Shown here piece by piece: positions 60,356 to 64,000 of a DNA stretch of 64,000 bases. The notes beneath the pieces are model-generated. The model did no database searches. It saw only the letters and a list, made by a program, of their open reading frames with translations, and was not told where the DNA came from. The DNA comes from an uncultured Planctomycetota bacterium. Its GTDB lineage: Bacteria > Planctomycetota > Phycisphaerae > Tepidisphaerales > Tepidisphaeraceae. A program made the position numbers and the translations under genes. Each line of letters starts with the position of its first letter. The first letter of the stretch is position 1. The stretch is from assembly GCA_963841915.1 (NCBI GenBank), contig CAWJEN010000005.1:512001-576000 (forward strand). Direction: 5' to 3'.

Positions 60356-60741
60356 TAGGGTGGGCAGATAAAGGGGTCGCGAGCCTTTTCGACACCTTGA
60401 GTACAGCGAGATGTTCGCAGCCGTCGCACGCACATGTTGTACCGCATCGGCCGGGGTGGCGACAAGGATAGGCCGGGCCATGAAACATCCGGAGGCAGAA
60501 AAGGCTCGCGACCCCTTTTCCTGCCAATTGCGATTACCAGCGTGAGCAAAGCACAGACAGTGGAGGCAGTCGTGTAAGGATTGTTGTACGGATCAGGGAG
60601 CGACAACTGGTGCCGTCGGAGGAGAGCAAACGCGAGGAAACACAGCGGGAGCGCCACGACAAGTCCGAGCGTCACTCGAGTCATCGAGCCATTTATGACG
60701 ACTTCGGGTGGTGGATTCGCGTAGTCGAGGTGATGGGGCAT
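60259..60741 (-). CDS. Small membrane protein apparently interrupted by a REP-like repeat
   Basis: MPHHLDYANPPP plus two TMs. The frame then runs into the repeat at 60525 (GRKRGREPF) and overlaps the neighbouring gene. Confidence 0.45.
   Translation of the reverse strand: MPHHLDYANPPPEVVINGSMTRVTLGLVVALPLCFLAFALLRRHQLSLPDPYNNPYTTASTVCALLTLVIAIGRKRGREPFLPPDVSWPGLSLSPPRPMRYNMCVRRLRTSRCTQGVEKARDPFICPPYYRSPSDAVTTARKASSSTNFTLPSAKRTLPP
60365..60525. repeat. REP-like inverted doublet
   Basis: CAGATAAAGGGGTCGCGAGCCTT (60365-60387) and AAGGCTCGCGACCCCTTTTCCTGCC (60501-60525). Confidence 0.85.
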
Positions 60742-60761
60742 GTCACATGGTTTCGTTAGGG

Positions 60762-60803
60762 GGCAGATAAAGGGATCGCGGAGGCAGATAAAGGGGTCGC
60801 GAG
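60762..60803. repeat. Tandem pair of REP-like repeats
   Basis: GGCAGATAAAGGGATCGCGGA followed by GGCAGATAAAGGGGTCGCGAG. Confidence 0.85.
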
Positions 60804-61053
60804 GGCTCTGTCTCAACCCTCTGATTCAGGTGACAGCGCGATGAGGCGGATGACGTTACGACGGATGCCACCACGACACTGCGTGTCGTGCCACCAGCCG
60901 CCCGCATCCGGAAGAAGCGCTACGCCACGGCCAGCAGCCCGATGCAGGGCACGATCGGGTACACTCCGGGGGAGTGAGAACTACTGTATCAGACTGATAC
61001 AAAGTTCGAGCGCGGCGGGTTGAGACCAGCCGGACTCTCGGCACACGTCAAGG

Positions 61054-61407
61054 ATGTTGGACTTTGGCTCGCCATCGATGGAAGTGAACCGTTCAGTGCC
61101 CGTAGATCTAGACTATGCTGCACCCGCAAAGCGTCAGACGAGTATGCGGCAGATCGCTCTTGCGTTGAGCATTTTCTTCCTTCCCTTACTTGCATTATAC
61201 GTAGCCCAGCTCGTCTACCCTGTTGGTGGCGCATCGAGTGGTTTGACGCGGCTCGCCATCATGGTTCTGCTCATTGGCGTTGTTGAAGTTGTTGTCCTTA
61301 GCCCCATCTGGCCGCGACAACCACGCTGGTTCGCTTGGTCAATGCTTTTGATTCTGCTCGCCTCATCAGTGCTTCTCCAAGTGATCGTTCCGTCGCTCCC
61401 GGACTAG
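61054..61407 (+). CDS. Small three-TM membrane protein
   Basis: VDLDYAAP followed by three hydrophobic segments; visibly more AT-rich. Start may be 61078. Confidence 0.65.
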   Translation: MLDFGSPSMEVNRSVPVDLDYAAPAKRQTSMRQIALALSIFFLPLLALYVAQLVYPVGGASSGLTRLAIMVLLIGVVEVVVLSPIWPRQPRWFAWSMLLILLASSVLLQVIVPSLPD

Positions 61408-61445
61408 CGAGGCGGTGGAGTAGGGTGTGCCCCGGCCCACCAAGG

Positions 61446-61593
61446 GGCAGACAAGGGGTCGCAAGGGGCAGATCAAGGGGTCGCGAGCTGTTGTCGCCGT
61501 CAGTCGGCCGGCGGGGACAGGTCGCCAACGCAGGGAAAGAAAAGGGGTCGCGAGCTTTTTCCAGGAAAGAAAAGGGGTCGCGAGCTTTTTCCA
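61446..61593. repeat. Four REP-like repeats in two tandem pairs
   Basis: 61446-61488 is a degenerate pair. GGAAAGAAAAGGGGTCGCGAGCTTTTTCCA is a perfect 30-bp tandem at 61534 and 61564. Confidence 0.88.
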
Positions 61594-61635
61594 GCTCCCG
61601 ACCCCTGAGTGCAAGGTGCTGTATGTGCAGCGCAT

Positions 61636-63734
<2,099 letters not shown>

Positions 63735-63794
63735 GGTGCTGATAGGTGCAGTGAAGTTGGTTGCTGTTGAAAAAGCGAACGTTGAAGTCTGATG

Positions 63795-63998
63795 TCAAGC
63801 CGCCGGGCCGGGCCACTTGCCGGCGTACCGGCGGGTCAAGGCGCGGGCGAGCGTGTTGAGCAGTTGGTCGATGTCGACGGGCCTGGGCAGGACGCTGAAG
63901 ACGCGGACGGTCAGAGCGTCGCTCATGAGTCCGCTGGAAAGTCCGCGGTCGCCGCCGTGGGCGAGCAGGATGGCGGGCGGCAAGGGCGGTTCTTCCGT
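63795..63998 (-). CDS. C-terminus of a probable receiver-like protein, truncated by the window edge
   Basis: Frame open to the edge; VFSVLPRPVDIDQLL resembles the receiver beta5-alpha5 segment. Confidence 0.45.
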   Translation of the reverse strand, partial: TEEPPLPPAILLAHGGDRGLSSGLMSDALTVRVFSVLPRPVDIDQLLNTLARALTRRYAGKWPGPAA

Positions 63999-64000
63999 CG

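Noticed and set aside
59502..61593. CRISPR array or classical integron attC array
   Set aside because: The repeats occur in both orientations with irregular spacing, there are no cas or intI genes, and there is no RYYYAAC/GTTRRRY attC architecture.
63735..63794. CIRCE element upstream of groES
   Set aside because: No TTAGCACTC-N9-GAGTGCTAA match in the available intergenic sequence.

Overview
High-GC bacterial chromosome segment, most likely from a planctomycete of class Phycisphaerae. This is inferred from a LEPRxLL-type N-terminal motif, a DUF1559/H-X9-DG protein, a YdjY domain and several PEP-CTERM proteins. It carries about 50 genes, mostly housekeeping (sucB, nadE, ispE, kdsB, pyrG, lptB, hisI, cysS, purC, uppP, tyrS, split metH, murD, nusA, dprA, ppx, asnS, groEL/groES), plus signalling and surface proteins. 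I saw no rRNA, tRNA, CRISPR array or transposase. Non-coding highlights: (i) four parS palindromes at 4.4-7.2 kb; (ii) 12 copies of a ~20-bp GGCTCGCGACCCCTTT(ATCTG) repeat, confined to two accessory pockets (42.3-43.7 kb and 59.5-61.6 kb), where inverted pairs bracket single cargo genes like cassettes; (iii) a ~190-bp duplication whose second copy looks like the empty site of a 1.15-kb PEP-CTERM gene insertion bounded by CATCG; (iv) a 21-bp minisatellite with a G-rich tract, and a highly structured 217-bp segment. Two recurring protein motifs stand out: P[AST]T[QR]P in exported proteins and [IL]DY at the N-termini of cassette membrane proteins. ispE, dprA and one PEP-CTERM gene are frameshifted, which may be long-read indel error. 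All calls come from motif recognition by eye; no database searches were run.
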